From assembly GCA_037441385.1 (NCBI GenBank), contig JBBISH010000076.1, positions 1 to 32,666 on the forward strand: a DNA stretch of 32,666 nucleotides, read 5' to 3'. This document shows positions 16,218-27,028 of the stretch, piece after piece (the first letter of the stretch is position 1; every line of letters starts with the position of its first letter). Origin of the DNA: Myxococcales bacterium. Its GTDB lineage: Bacteria; Myxococcota_A; UBA9042. The translations under genes were made by a program, and so were the position numbers. The notes beneath the pieces were generated by a model, which saw nothing but the letters and a program-made list of their open reading frames with translations, had not been told where the DNA came from and made no database searches.

Positions 16218-17027
16218 GTGGATCGCAACTTGGTATCAGGTCTGGTGTTTTCGCTGGTCGCCCACGCCGTGGCGGCTTGGTGGATCATGGGCCTGCAGCC
16301 GCGGCCGCGCCCGCCGGTCGAGCCCGAAAAGAAGGCCGTGCGGACGGTCCAAGAGCAGGTGCAGCTGCCAAAGCCGCCCAAGCCACCCAAACCGCCTGAG
16401 CCGCCCAAGGAGGAGCCCAAGGCCCAGGCCGAAGCGCCCAAGGCGGACACGCCGGCGCCGCAGCCCAAGCCGCAAGCCAAGCGGCCGCCGCAGGCCAAGA
16501 CCGCGGAGCCCAAGGCGGAAGCGCCCAAGCCGAACAACGAACCCGCGCCGCTGGTGCTGTCCAAGACCTACGGCAGCGGCGGCGACGAGGGCGTGGCCGT
16601 GCAAACGGGCAAGGACGACGTCTTGGGCGATCCCAGTGTAGAGGCGAACGAAAACAATGTGCGGCGGCGGCCCACCACCGACCCGGTCGACAACAGCGAA
16701 CCGGCACCCGACACGGGCGTCAAGGGACCCGAGCCGGCCAAGGTCGAGATCGTCCTGGCCAAGCCGAAGATCGCCAACTGCGAAGGTTTTGTGACGTGGC
16801 CGGAGGGCGCGCCAGCCAGCGGCCGGGTGGTGCGCGTGGTGTTGCTGCTCGACATCGGCGCCGACGGGGCGGTCAAGAAGACGCGAATCCTGAAGGGCGC
16901 CGGCCAACCATTTGACGACGAAGCACAAAAGGGCATCCGTCGCTGCCCGTTCCAACCGGGCACGCGCGACGGGAAACCCATTTCGACCAAGGTGGGTTTC
17001 GAGGTAGAATTCAAGCCGACGAACTAG
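16218..17027 (+). CDS. tonB: Energy transducer TonB family protein
   Basis: N-terminal TM with SLVAH (SxxxH), Pro/Lys-rich linker, TonB_C domain (V.LLLDIGADGAV...FDDEA...FQPGTRDGKP). Confidence 0.9.
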   Translation: MDRNLVSGLVFSLVAHAVAAWWIMGLQPRPRPPVEPEKKAVRTVQEQVQLPKPPKPPKPPEPPKEEPKAQAEAPKADTPAPQPKPQAKRPPQAKTAEPKAEAPKPNNEPAPLVLSKTYGSGGDEGVAVQTGKDDVLGDPSVEANENNVRRRPTTDPVDNSEPAPDTGVKGPEPAKVEIVLAKPKIANCEGFVTWPEGAPASGRVVRVVLLLDIGADGAVKKTRILKGAGQPFDDEAQKGIRRCPFQPGTRDGKPISTKVGFEVEFKPTN

Positions 17028-17066
17028 CGAGTGCGGCGGGCTCTGGGGACGCAGCGAGGGATAGCG

Positions 17067-18449
17067 ATGGGCAACAGCGGGCAATGCCAGGGCAATTACA
17101 GGCGGGGCAACCGCACAGCCTGGGTCCGGCTGGAACTGCTGGAACGGCTGTCACGGCTGTCACGGCCAGCACTGCTGTCACGGCCAGCACTGGTGGCACT
17201 GCTGGCACTGCTGGCACTGCTGGCACTGATCAGCCTGTCCGCTTGCACCGACGACTTTGAACCGGCCTATCGGATCAGCAAGTTGCGGGTCTTGGGCGTC
17301 AAAGCCACGCCGCCCGAGGTTCACCTGGACAGCGCCACCGACCTGACCATGCTGGTGGCAAGTCCGCGTCCCGATGCACAACTGTGCTACGCGTGGGCCT
17401 TTTGCCCCTTTGCCTGGGCCAAGGACGGCAACTACAAGTGCTTGGACCCCGACCTGCAAGTGGACCTGGGCACCGGCGCCACGGCCACGGTCACGATCGC
17501 CACGCTGATGCAGTCACTGGCCAACGCCCCGGCCGTGTTCAAGAAAATGGGTATGGACATGCCCAGCGGTAGCTCGGCGGCCCCGGATCTGGGATGCATC
17601 CCGGGTGGCAAAGTAGTGGCAGGTGCGGGCGTGGGCGGCTTCTCTACAGGTTCGGTGCCGGATTTCTACGTGCTGTTCCAGGTCGGCGAGATCGGCGCGT
17701 ACGGCGGCACTTGCCCGACCAAGGCCTCTGCAATGCTGTCCAAGATCTGCGGCGACCGCAGCAACTGCTTGGCGGGCTTCAAGCGCCTGGGCTTGGCCCC
17801 CATGACCGGAAGTTGCCCGGCGTTTGACGCAAACAAGGAGCCGGTTTGTGCAAAGACTCCGGCCAGTTGCGCCTATGTCCCCGAGTGCGGCTGCGACGGC
17901 AAGACCTACAGCAACGCCTGCGAGCGCGCGGCCGCCAAGGTCAGCAAGAGCTACGATGGCGAGTGCCGTTCGGTCAACCAGAATCCCGAGTTGCAGGGCA
18001 TCGGGCTCCGCGTGCCGGCGGTGGACGTAGCGGCCGACGTGTCGCGCGGCGTGGCCTGGCCAGAGGACGTGACCCCCGTGCTGGCACCGGGCAGTACGGT
18101 CCAGTTCTGGCCCCAGTGGGATCCCAGTCAAATTCAGGTGATCGGCCCCTCTAGCGACCCGACCGTGAAGGAGCCCGTCAAAGAAACGTTGTTGTTCTCG
18201 TGGTTCAGCGAAGCCGGCGACTTCAGCGAGGTCAAGACCTGGCACGGCAAGCCACAAGTCGACTACACCGCCCCCAGCTTGGCCGCGACCGAGACCAGCA
18301 AAATCGTGCCGATCTGGCTGGTGGTGCGTGACGAGCGCAACGGCACGGGCTGGCTGCGCAGGCAGGTGCGCATCGAGAAAGGCGCCACCTTGAAGCAGAA
18401 TCCGGTGTGCATCGCCGCGCCGACGGCGGCAGGCTGCAAGGCGCCGTAG
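17067..18449 (+). CDS. Lipoprotein with an inserted Kazal-like Cys domain
   Basis: LISLSA|C lipobox, C.DDFEP...LRVLGVKATPPE N-terminus, PECGCDGKTYSNAC...YDGEC Kazal pattern, C-terminal WLVVRDERNGTGW. Confidence 0.8.
   Translation: MGNSGQCQGNYRRGNRTAWVRLELLERLSRLSRPALLSRPALVALLALLALLALISLSACTDDFEPAYRISKLRVLGVKATPPEVHLDSATDLTMLVASPRPDAQLCYAWAFCPFAWAKDGNYKCLDPDLQVDLGTGATATVTIATLMQSLANAPAVFKKMGMDMPSGSSAAPDLGCIPGGKVVAGAGVGGFSTGSVPDFYVLFQVGEIGAYGGTCPTKASAMLSKICGDRSNCLAGFKRLGLAPMTGSCPAFDANKEPVCAKTPASCAYVPECGCDGKTYSNACERAAAKVSKSYDGECRSVNQNPELQGIGLRVPAVDVAADVSRGVAWPEDVTPVLAPGSTVQFWPQWDPSQIQVIGPSSDPTVKEPVKETLLFSWFSEAGDFSEVKTWHGKPQVDYTAPSLAATETSKIVPIWLVVRDERNGTGWLRRQVRIEKGATLKQNPVCIAAPTAAGCKAP
17130..17228 (+). 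repeat. 9-bp in-frame tandem repeat (11 units) in the signal peptide
   Basis: ctggaactg/ctggaacgg/ctgtcacgg x2/ccagcactg/ctgtcacgg/ccagcactg/gtggcactg/ctggcactg x3. Confidence 0.9.
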
Positions 18450-18611
18450 TCGATACTAGGCGGTACCGGCTGACACTGCGATACCGGTATCACCGGCCCG
18501 CCACGGCGCTGATCATCACGTCAATTCCAAACATTAGAAGCTGCCGCTCTTGGCGTGGAGCTTGCAAGGTCGGCGTGCGCACGCCGTCCAAGCCGACGCC
18601 CAGGAACGCCC

Positions 18612-19241
18612 ATGCCCAAGCACCTGCTCGCCGCCGCCCTAGTGGCCCACAGCACCGCCGCCGCACCGCCGCCACCCCAACCTTGCACGGTCGCGGACAC
18701 CGCCGTCGCCGAGGTTGAGGCTGCTTTTCGCATGGCCGTTCAACCGATTGCCCCGGCGCCGCCCCTGCAGCCCAAACGCTGGTCGGTGCTGCTGCCGGTC
18801 CGAGTCTGGCTCGGTGGACACGATGGTGTGCGCGCGGGCTTGGCCTGGACCGAGACGCAGTCGGGTCTGGACGGCCGTTGGACCCAGTTTGCCGACCGCG
18901 CCGTGAACTTGCGCATCGAGTGGGATCTGCGCGATCTGGCGCGCGATCCGCTGCCCGCGCCACGCCTGACCGCGCTACAGCAGGTCCAGTTGGCCCTGCA
19001 CGCCGAGCAGTTGGCGGCCAAGGTCGCCGAGCCGTTGCGGCAGCTGCGCAAGGCTCAAGCGGCGGCACGGACGTTGGTCGAAGGGGATCCGCTGTGCAGC
19101 AGCGCCCAAGCCGACGCCGAGGCGGCCGCGTTTGTCTTGCGTGCGGTGGTGGCGGCGGTGCGTGCCAGTCGATCGGCTACAGGCTCTGTTGTTCCTGGGC
19201 CAGAAGCGCCGCTCGCTCCGCCGATTGCAGCCCCTGAATGA
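18612..19241 (+). CDS. Hypothetical exported protein
   Basis: AGGA RBS then ATG 18612, signal-like N-terminus, coding-like codon usage. The 3' end overlaps convergent prfA by 65 nt. Confidence 0.6.
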   Translation: MPKHLLAAALVAHSTAAAPPPPQPCTVADTAVAEVEAAFRMAVQPIAPAPPLQPKRWSVLLPVRVWLGGHDGVRAGLAWTETQSGLDGRWTQFADRAVNLRIEWDLRDLARDPLPAPRLTALQQVQLALHAEQLAAKVAEPLRQLRKAQAAARTLVEGDPLCSSAQADAEAAAFVLRAVVAAVRASRSATGSVVPGPEAPLAPPIAAPE

Positions 19242-20253
19242 CCGTGTCGAGTTCGCCCTGCAGCACTTGGTCCAGGTTGTAGACCGTGAGGCCAATCCGA
19301 TGATCCGTCAGGCGGTTTTGCGGGAAGTTGTAGGTGCGGATGCGCTCGGACCGGTCGCCCGAACCGACTTGCTCTTTGCGGGCGGCGGCGGTCTGGGCAG
19401 TCTGCGCCTGCTGTTGCATGTCGAACAACTTGGCGCGCAACTGCATCATCGCCTTGGCTTTGTTCTTGTGCTGGCTGCGCTCGTCCTGACACTGGGTGAC
19501 CACGCCGCTGGGGATGTGGGTGATGCGCACCGCGGAGTCGGTCCGGTTGACGTGCTGACCGCCGGCGCCGCTGGCCCGGTAGGTGTCGATGCGCAGGTCT
19601 TCGGTGCGGATCTCGATGTCCACGTCCTCGACTTCGGGCAGCACCGCCACCGTGCAAGCCGAAGTGTGGATGCGACCTTGCGACTCGGTGCTGGGGATGC
19701 GCTGGACGCGGTGGGTGCCCGACTCGTGTTTGAAGATCGCGAAAGCCTGCGGACCGTCGATCAGGCAGCAGACTTCTTTGAAGCCGCCCAATTCGGTCTC
19801 GTTTTCGCTCATGACCTCGACCTTCAGGCCACGCTTTTCGGCAAAGCGGGTGTACATGCGCAGCAAGTCAGCGGCAAAGAGTCCGGCTTCGTCGCCGCCC
19901 GTGCCGGCGCGGATTTCTACGATGCAGTTGGCGTTGTCGCGGGGGTCGCGCGGAATCATGAGTTCGCGCAGGGCTTCTTGCAGCGGACCGCGATCGCCGA
20001 TCAAGGTCTGCAGTTCGTCGCGCACCATCTCGCGCAGCTCGGGATCGGTCTCGATCGTCAGCAACTCGTTGGCATCGTCGATCTGTTTCTGGTTGTTGCT
20101 CCAGGCCTTATAGGCCAAGACCACCTCTTCGATGGCCGAGCGCTCGCGCATCAGCTTGATCGACTTCTCGGGGTCGGCGGCAATCTCGTTGGTGGCCAGC
20201 GCCTCGCCCAGTTCGTCATAACGGGCGGCAACCGACTGCAATCGTTCGAACAT
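19177..20253 (-). CDS. prfA: Peptide chain release factor 1
   Basis: EIRAGTGGDEA, RF1-specific PxT (RVQRIPSTESQGRIHTS), GAGGQHVN, RIRTYNFPQ. Confidence 0.98.
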   Translation of the reverse strand: MFERLQSVAARYDELGEALATNEIAADPEKSIKLMRERSAIEEVVLAYKAWSNNQKQIDDANELLTIETDPELREMVRDELQTLIGDRGPLQEALRELMIPRDPRDNANCIVEIRAGTGGDEAGLFAADLLRMYTRFAEKRGLKVEVMSENETELGGFKEVCCLIDGPQAFAIFKHESGTHRVQRIPSTESQGRIHTSACTVAVLPEVEDVDIEIRTEDLRIDTYRASGAGGQHVNRTDSAVRITHIPSGVVTQCQDERSQHKNKAKAMMQLRAKLFDMQQQAQTAQTAAARKEQVGSGDRSERIRTYNFPQNRLTDHRIGLTVYNLDQVLQGELDTVIQGLQSAERAALLAQEQQSL

Positions 20254-20339
20254 GGCACAACTCGCTGGGGGACCACGGCAGGCAGCCGGGGCGGCGCAGT
20301 GTGGATCAACGGACCTTCAGGCTCAAGCGCTGTGCCGCT

Positions 20340-21416
20340 TCACGCCGCCAGCGCGACCGGGGCAATCGGGACGGCCGTGGCCTGCAAGAATGCTTCGTAG
20401 TTGGCGAACACCACGGGCTCGCTTTGCTCGGGCAGCGCCAGACCGCTCTGCAAGGCCTGCTCGCGGCGCAGGGTCATCTGCAGGGCGACCAGGGCAATCT
20501 CCAGTTGCTCGTCGTCAGGCTCCTTGGTCGTGATCAGCTGCAGCTTCAGGCCGGGCCAGGTAAACGCCTTGACGATCAAGTTGTTGGGGTACTTGGCCGA
20601 CAAGCGAGTCATCTCATAGGCAATGCCGGCTACGGGGAACATCAGCGGCAGTTTCACGAAGACATAGGCCAGCTGATTCAACCACTTGACGCTGCTCACC
20701 TCGGGCAAGAACGGAAACACGGCCGAAAACAACACGATCGACGTCACCACGGTGATGAGCAAGAACGAGGTCCCGCAGCGCGGATGCAGCGTGATGTACG
20801 CCTTGGCGTTGGCGACGGTCAGGGGCTTGTTGTCCTCGTAACAAAAGATGCTCTTGTGCTCGGCGCCGTGGAACTGGAACACGCGGGCGATGTCGGGCAT
20901 CCGCGAAATTAGGGCCATATAGCCCACGAGCACGGCGATCTTCACGATGCCGTCGACGACTTGGAAGCTGAGATCCTTGCCCGACGCCAGCGAAGCGTTG
21001 CCCAGGACGGTGCCCGCCAGCCACGTCACGAAGTGGGGCAGCGCGGCGAACAGGGCGAAAGCAAAGGCGACTGACACGATGATCGTGCCCGTAATAGCCA
21101 GGCCGGTTAGCGGCGTCTCGGCCGGTGGTGCGGCATCCGCCGACGCAGGTGCTGGCTCTTGATCGCGGGCGGCTTGATCGGCCGAAAACGAGAGCGCTTT
21201 GACGCCGTTGTGCATCGCTTCGAACAGGACGACGGCGCCGCGGAGGAACGGCTTGCGCAGCAGGCGCGCCTTTTCCCAAATCGACACCCAGCGGTCCTCT
21301 TTGACAACGATCTCGCCATTGGCGCGCCGCACCGCGATCGCCAACGAGTTCGGCGAGCGCATCATCACGCCCTCCAGGATCGCTTGCCCACCTACGCTCA
21401 TCGGCCCTTCTGCCAT
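20340..21416 (-). CDS. DUF1385 membrane protein (YqhQ-like)
   Basis: VGGQAILEGVMMR, FQFHGAEHK, HPRCGTSF, LQLITTKEPDDEQLE. Usual position upstream of prfA. Confidence 0.93.
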   Translation of the reverse strand: MAEGPMSVGGQAILEGVMMRSPNSLAIAVRRANGEIVVKEDRWVSIWEKARLLRKPFLRGAVVLFEAMHNGVKALSFSADQAARDQEPAPASADAAPPAETPLTGLAITGTIIVSVAFAFALFAALPHFVTWLAGTVLGNASLASGKDLSFQVVDGIVKIAVLVGYMALISRMPDIARVFQFHGAEHKSIFCYEDNKPLTVANAKAYITLHPRCGTSFLLITVVTSIVLFSAVFPFLPEVSSVKWLNQLAYVFVKLPLMFPVAGIAYEMTRLSAKYPNNLIVKAFTWPGLKLQLITTKEPDDEQLEIALVALQMTLRREQALQSGLALPEQSEPVVFANYEAFLQATAVPIAPVALAA

Positions 21417-21507
21417 CGTAACTTCGCTCCAATTGGTCGGGATCGGAATAGTTGGGCGTACCGGGTCGGCACCGCCGCCGCGCCGCAGCAGCTTGCGCGG
21501 GCCACAT

Positions 21508-21516
21508 AGAATACCA
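21508..21516 (-). promoter_or_regulatory. Putative extended -10 element for DUF1385-prfA
   Basis: Minus strand TGGTATTCT (TGn + TATTCT), ~90 nt upstream of ATG 21416. Confidence 0.35.
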
Positions 21517-21611
21517 CGCCCGGCCCGGCGCGCCATGGCGAAGCAGTCGACAGGGCAGACACTGCTACAGATTTTGGGCGCTTTGGCGCAGAGTGGCTGG
21601 CCGTGGCCGAA

Positions 21612-22196
21612 CTACTTCGCGGTGTCGACCGGGCGCGGCGCGGCAAACACGCGCTGGGGCCCGTCGGCCAGCGACCAGTTCAGCTCTTTGAATTCGACCT
21701 CGCCTTCGCCCACGGCCGCAAGATCGCGCGGCAACTTCCCAAAATGCGTGGTCGGCTTGGGGGCTGGATTCTCAAAATCGCGGGCTTCGTAGGCCGCGCA
21801 CAGCGACAGCTGCCAACCGCACGGAACAAAGACTTCGCTAAAGAATTTACCGTCTTCGGCAGCAATGACCCGGGCCAGGGTATGCGCATCGGCCGCCATG
21901 CAATCGCCTCGAGCGACGTAGATTGCCACGAATTGACCGGCCGGGGCCGTCGCGGTGAGCTGACCCGAAAGCTCGACCTCGCAGGGCGCGACCGGTTCGG
22001 CCGCCTTGGCTGCGGCTTGCGCTGGGCTGGCCGGCTGCGGCAACGCGGCGGGCGGCAGCGGCGCTTTGGGCGGATTGGCGAGCGCCGGGACCGGTGGCAC
22101 AGGCCAGCGCTCGTCGGGCGCCGGGGGTTTGGCCTTCTGGCAAGCAGCGACCGTCAGTACCAGAGCGGCAAAGAGGACAAGGGAGCGGGCGAGCAT
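21612..22196 (-). CDS. Hypothetical lipoprotein with Pro-rich linker
   Basis: GAGGA RBS, MLARSLVLFAALVLTVAA|C lipobox, small beta-rich Cys-containing domain. Confidence 0.75.
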   Translation of the reverse strand: MLARSLVLFAALVLTVAACQKAKPPAPDERWPVPPVPALANPPKAPLPPAALPQPASPAQAAAKAAEPVAPCEVELSGQLTATAPAGQFVAIYVARGDCMAADAHTLARVIAAEDGKFFSEVFVPCGWQLSLCAAYEARDFENPAPKPTTHFGKLPRDLAAVGEGEVEFKELNWSLADGPQRVFAAPRPVDTAK

Positions 22197-22315
22197 GGTA
22201 TTCCTCTGCGAACCGGCCGGCTTGGGTGCGGCGCCGCCCGGAGTTTCGCTCCAGCCTCGCCGCGTGACAATCCCGTGCGCCTCTGGCACCGTGCGCGGAG
22301 CGTTTCGGAGGTGCC

Positions 22316-22999
22316 ATGGCGTCCACTCCCTCTCTCGCACTCCCTGCCAGCGCGGCCGATCTGCCGCCCCTAGCCGATCCCGCCGACCGCGCGCGTGTGG
22401 AAGCTGCCATCGAGGCGGTGGCCAGCGGCGAGTGGATCGCCAGCGATGCCGACGAGACCCTGTGGGCGGCCGATGTGGGCGACGAGGTCGTGCGTCTTGC
22501 CGAGCTGGGCGCCAGCCCGTGGCCAGTGCGCTCCGCCGATTTCGCCTGGTATAGCAAAGAGATGACCGACGGCGACTACGCAGGGGCCTGCCGCTACGCG
22601 GCGCTGTTGCTCCATGGCCACAGCGTGACTGCGGTGCGCAAGGCCCTACAACCCGCGTTGGCGTCGGTGCAGTTGCGGCCGTGGCTGGCCCAAAGTCTGC
22701 AGAAGGCGCGCCAGCGCGGCGTGTTCCTGGCGATCGTGTCGGCGTCGCCCACGCTGGTCGTGGAGTACACGAGTGAGCTGCTGCAGTTCCCCGTCGATCG
22801 CGTCATCGGCTTGGACTTGCACGACGGGCAGGTGGTAGAACCGGCTTCGATCGGCTTTGGCAAGGTCGCGGCGTGGCAGCGCACCGGCCTGCCGCAACCC
22901 CGCTTGGCTCTGGGCGACAGCCGCTGGGATGGACCGCTGCTGGCGTCGGCGCAGCAGGGCCTGCGCTTGATCAAGGCCTCGCAAGACCGCGGCGACTGA
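22316..22999 (+). CDS. HAD-superfamily hydrolase (SerB/HAD-IB-like)
   Basis: GGAGG RBS. Motif I DADETLW, motif II IVSAS, Lys in GFGK, motif IV GDSRWD. Confidence 0.85.
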   Translation: MASTPSLALPASAADLPPLADPADRARVEAAIEAVASGEWIASDADETLWAADVGDEVVRLAELGASPWPVRSADFAWYSKEMTDGDYAGACRYAALLLHGHSVTAVRKALQPALASVQLRPWLAQSLQKARQRGVFLAIVSASPTLVVEYTSELLQFPVDRVIGLDLHDGQVVEPASIGFGKVAAWQRTGLPQPRLALGDSRWDGPLLASAQQGLRLIKASQDRGD

Positions 23000-23122
23000 C
23001 GCGAAAGCTCGCCGACCAGGGTTCCTTTTGTCGCTACCGCAGCCTACCTTGCGGCTGTCGCAATCGCCGCCGAGCCGGGCTATGCTGCCGGCCCGTAAAG
23101 CGTTGCTGGAGAAGTTGCGCCC

Positions 23123-24168
<1,046 letters not shown>

Positions 24169-24178
<10 letters not shown>

Positions 24179-24194
24179 GTGGGTGGTGTAGGTG
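24169..24194 (+). repeat. Perfect 13-bp tandem duplication spanning the stop codon
   Basis: GGTGGTGTAGGTG x2. Confidence 0.85.
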
Positions 24195-24202
24195 GGGTGC
24201 AC

Positions 24203-25423
24203 ATGAGTGCCGCGGCGGCCAATCCGCTCGACGACATCCTGAACGACGCCAAACTGCTGGTGCTTTCGGGCTCTGGTGGCGTGGGCAAGACCACCTCGTC
24301 GGCGGCTCTGGCGGTGCTGGCGGCGCAGCGCGGCCGGCGGGTGCTCGTGTTGACCATCGATCCGGCGCGGCGCCTACTGCAAGCACTTGGTTTACAAGGT
24401 GATTCACCAGAGAGCAAGCCGCCAGCCAACGTCGCCCACCCGGTGTTGCCCAAGCTGGCCGACCAGCTTCCGGGTGGCGTGGCGCCGGGGGGCTGTTTGG
24501 ATGCGATGATGCTCGACGCGAGTACGGGCGCCATCGCAATGGTCGAGCGCCTGCTGCCGAACCCGGAGCTGCGCGATCAGGTCCTGAACAACCGCATTTA
24601 CCGGGCGTTTTTGCCCACGCTGCAGGCCAGCCCGGACTACATGGCGCTCGAGCTCATTTTCGAGTTGGCCCAGGGCGGAAAGTACGATCTGCTCGTGCTC
24701 GATACACCGCCGATGCACAACGCGCTGGATTTCTTGCGGGCGGGCAACACCTTGGCCAGCTTCATCAACGAGCGCGTGCTCAAATGGTTTAGCAAGGTGC
24801 CGCTGCCAGGCGCCAAACCCAAGGGGGGCCTGCTGGGCTGGTTCGGTGCGAGCAGTTCGATGGCGATGGGCGTGTTGGGCAAGCTGTTCGGTTCGGACGC
24901 CCTGCCCGATATCGCCCAGTTTTTCGTGGCCTTCCAAGACGTACTGCCGCGCTTGAAAGAGCGGGCCCTGGCCACCGATGCCATGTTGCGCGAACCCACG
25001 ACACAATTCCTGGTGGTAACGGCGCCCGGCGAGACTTCGCTGCGCGAGGCGCGCCACCTGTACGAACAGCTAAGCAGCCACGGTATCGCGGTAGCCGGGT
25101 TTGTGGTGAACCGGGTGCTCCAGGTCCCGGCTGCACTGCATGGCGGCGGCAACCCTGCGGATCTGCGACAACGGTTGAAGCATCGCGGGCTGGTCGGCGA
25201 GCAGCTCGAACGCGTGGTCGAACAGCTGAGCGAGGCGGCGCGACGCTTGGAGCACCTGCGCACCTCGGACACAGGTCAATTCGACGCCCTGCGCACTCTG
25301 GCCGGCAAGCACGGCTTTTGCAGCGCCGTCCCGCAACGCGAAGGCGACATCCATCAATTGAAGCAGTTGCGCGATCTGGCTCAGGCGATCCTCGACGGCG
25401 TCCGAACGGGCATGGTACCCTAA
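24203..25423 (+). CDS. ArsA/Get3-family ATPase, subunit 2
   Basis: GSGGVGKTT, VLTIDPARRL, YDLLVLDTPP..NALDFL, VVNRV. Confidence 0.92.
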   Translation: MSAAAANPLDDILNDAKLLVLSGSGGVGKTTSSAALAVLAAQRGRRVLVLTIDPARRLLQALGLQGDSPESKPPANVAHPVLPKLADQLPGGVAPGGCLDAMMLDASTGAIAMVERLLPNPELRDQVLNNRIYRAFLPTLQASPDYMALELIFELAQGGKYDLLVLDTPPMHNALDFLRAGNTLASFINERVLKWFSKVPLPGAKPKGGLLGWFGASSSMAMGVLGKLFGSDALPDIAQFFVAFQDVLPRLKERALATDAMLREPTTQFLVVTAPGETSLREARHLYEQLSSHGIAVAGFVVNRVLQVPAALHGGGNPADLRQRLKHRGLVGEQLERVVEQLSEAARRLEHLRTSDTGQFDALRTLAGKHGFCSAVPQREGDIHQLKQLRDLAQAILDGVRTGMVP

Positions 25424-25505
25424 TCAGGTGACTGCGCCGTGGCCCGCGCGCACCGTGCGGCCCGGCCTTGGAGCGGTCCCTCCCAAGGACCGCAGCGTGC
25501 ACGCC

Positions 25506-26957
25506 ATGGCCAATTCTCTTGGTTCTCCTTACACTTCCGCAGCAAGCGCCGCCAGCGACCCCAAGATGGCTGCGGCTCCAACCGCTTTCGTGCCGCCGCC
25601 GGGCCGCCACGTCAAACCGCCGGCTCCTCCGTCGTCGCGGTGGCATACCCAGCTGACCGAGGGCCGGTTTTGGTCACAGATCCCGGCATGGCGCGACGTG
25701 GACGAGGCGACGTTCCTCGATTTTCGGTGGCAAGGCCGCAATTCGATTACCCGGCCCGAAGCGCTGCTGGCAGCCCTGCAGGGTCTGGCGTCGCCTGAAT
25801 TCATTGCCGACGCCGCGGCCGGGTTTGCCCATTCGCCGATGTCGGTGCGGGTCACACCCTACCTACTAAGTCTGGTCGATTGGTCCAACCCATACCGTGA
25901 CCCCGTACGGCGCCAGTTCATCCCGCTGGCTTCGCAGCTCAAACCCGACCATCCCGAACTGGTACTGGACTCGCTGCACGAGCAGGAAGACGCGCCCGTC
26001 GCGGGCCTGACCCACCGCTATCCCGACAAGGCGTTGTTCCTGGCGCTGGACACGTGTCCCGTTTATTGCCGTTTCTGCACACGCAGTTACGCCGTGGGCC
26101 AGGACACCGACATGGTGGACAAGGTCGCCATCAACGCCGATTCCGGCCGTTGGGAACAGGTGTTCGAGTACATCGCCACGCGCCCCGAGCTGGAAGACAT
26201 CGTGCTGTCCGGCGGCGACGTCTACAACCTGCCGGCCAAGCATATTCGGCAGTTGGGCGAGCGATTGCTGTCCCTGCCCAACATCCGCCGCATTCGCTAC
26301 GCGACCAAGGGGCCGGCGGTGATGCCGCAAAAGCTGCTGACCGACCACGAGTGGGTGCAGGCGCTGGTCGACGTGGTCAAGCTGGGTCGCTCGCTGCGCA
26401 AGGACGTGGTGCTGCACACGCACTTCAATCATCCCGCTGAAATTACCTGGATTACCCGCGAGGCGCTGGGCCGTCTAGCCGAAGAAGGCGTATTCATCCG
26501 CAACCAGAGCGTGCTGCAGCGCGGCGTGAACGACGACGTGGACACCATGCGTCTGCTGTGCAAGCGCCTGGGTTGGGTGGGCGTGCACCCGTACTACGTG
26601 TATATCCACGATTTGGTGAAAGGTGTTGAGGACTTGCGCACCACACTGGCCGTCGGCATCGATATCGAGAAGGCGGTCCGCGGCGCCACGGCTGGTTTCA
26701 ACTCGCCTGTGTTCGTGGTCGATACCCTGGGCGGCGGCGGCAAGCGCGACGCCCACAGCTACGACTATTACGATCGCGAGACCGGTATCGCGGTGTTCTC
26801 CAGCCCCAACGTGGATCCCAAGCGGCAGTTCTTCTTCTTTGACCCGATTCGCGAGTTGTCGCCCGAGGTTCAGCGCCGTTGGGCCGATCCGGTCGAGCGC
26901 GAGAAGATGAAGGCAGACGCATCGGCCAAGGCCCTTGAACTGAAAGGGAAACGTTAG
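25506..26957 (+). CDS. KamA-family radical SAM protein (lysine 2,3-aminomutase-like)
   Basis: DSLHEQED.PV.GLTHRYPDK, CPVYCRFCTR cluster motif, LSGGD, HTHFNHP, NQSVLQRGVNDD, PLP-lysine motif GGGGK. Confidence 0.92.
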   Translation: MANSLGSPYTSAASAASDPKMAAAPTAFVPPPGRHVKPPAPPSSRWHTQLTEGRFWSQIPAWRDVDEATFLDFRWQGRNSITRPEALLAALQGLASPEFIADAAAGFAHSPMSVRVTPYLLSLVDWSNPYRDPVRRQFIPLASQLKPDHPELVLDSLHEQEDAPVAGLTHRYPDKALFLALDTCPVYCRFCTRSYAVGQDTDMVDKVAINADSGRWEQVFEYIATRPELEDIVLSGGDVYNLPAKHIRQLGERLLSLPNIRRIRYATKGPAVMPQKLLTDHEWVQALVDVVKLGRSLRKDVVLHTHFNHPAEITWITREALGRLAEEGVFIRNQSVLQRGVNDDVDTMRLLCKRLGWVGVHPYYVYIHDLVKGVEDLRTTLAVGIDIEKAVRGATAGFNSPVFVVDTLGGGGKRDAHSYDYYDRETGIAVFSSPNVDPKRQFFFFDPIRELSPEVQRRWADPVEREKMKADASAKALELKGKR

Positions 26958-27028
26958 GCTATGGACAAGGCTGCCAGCGTGGGGCAGGATGCACGAGTGC
27001 GGCTGGCCCGCACTTGCTAGGACCCAAT

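Noticed and set aside
25506..26957. EF-P modification enzyme EpmB
   Set aside because: It is much longer than EpmB (~340 aa) and has no adjacent efp or epmA, so it is left as KamA family.
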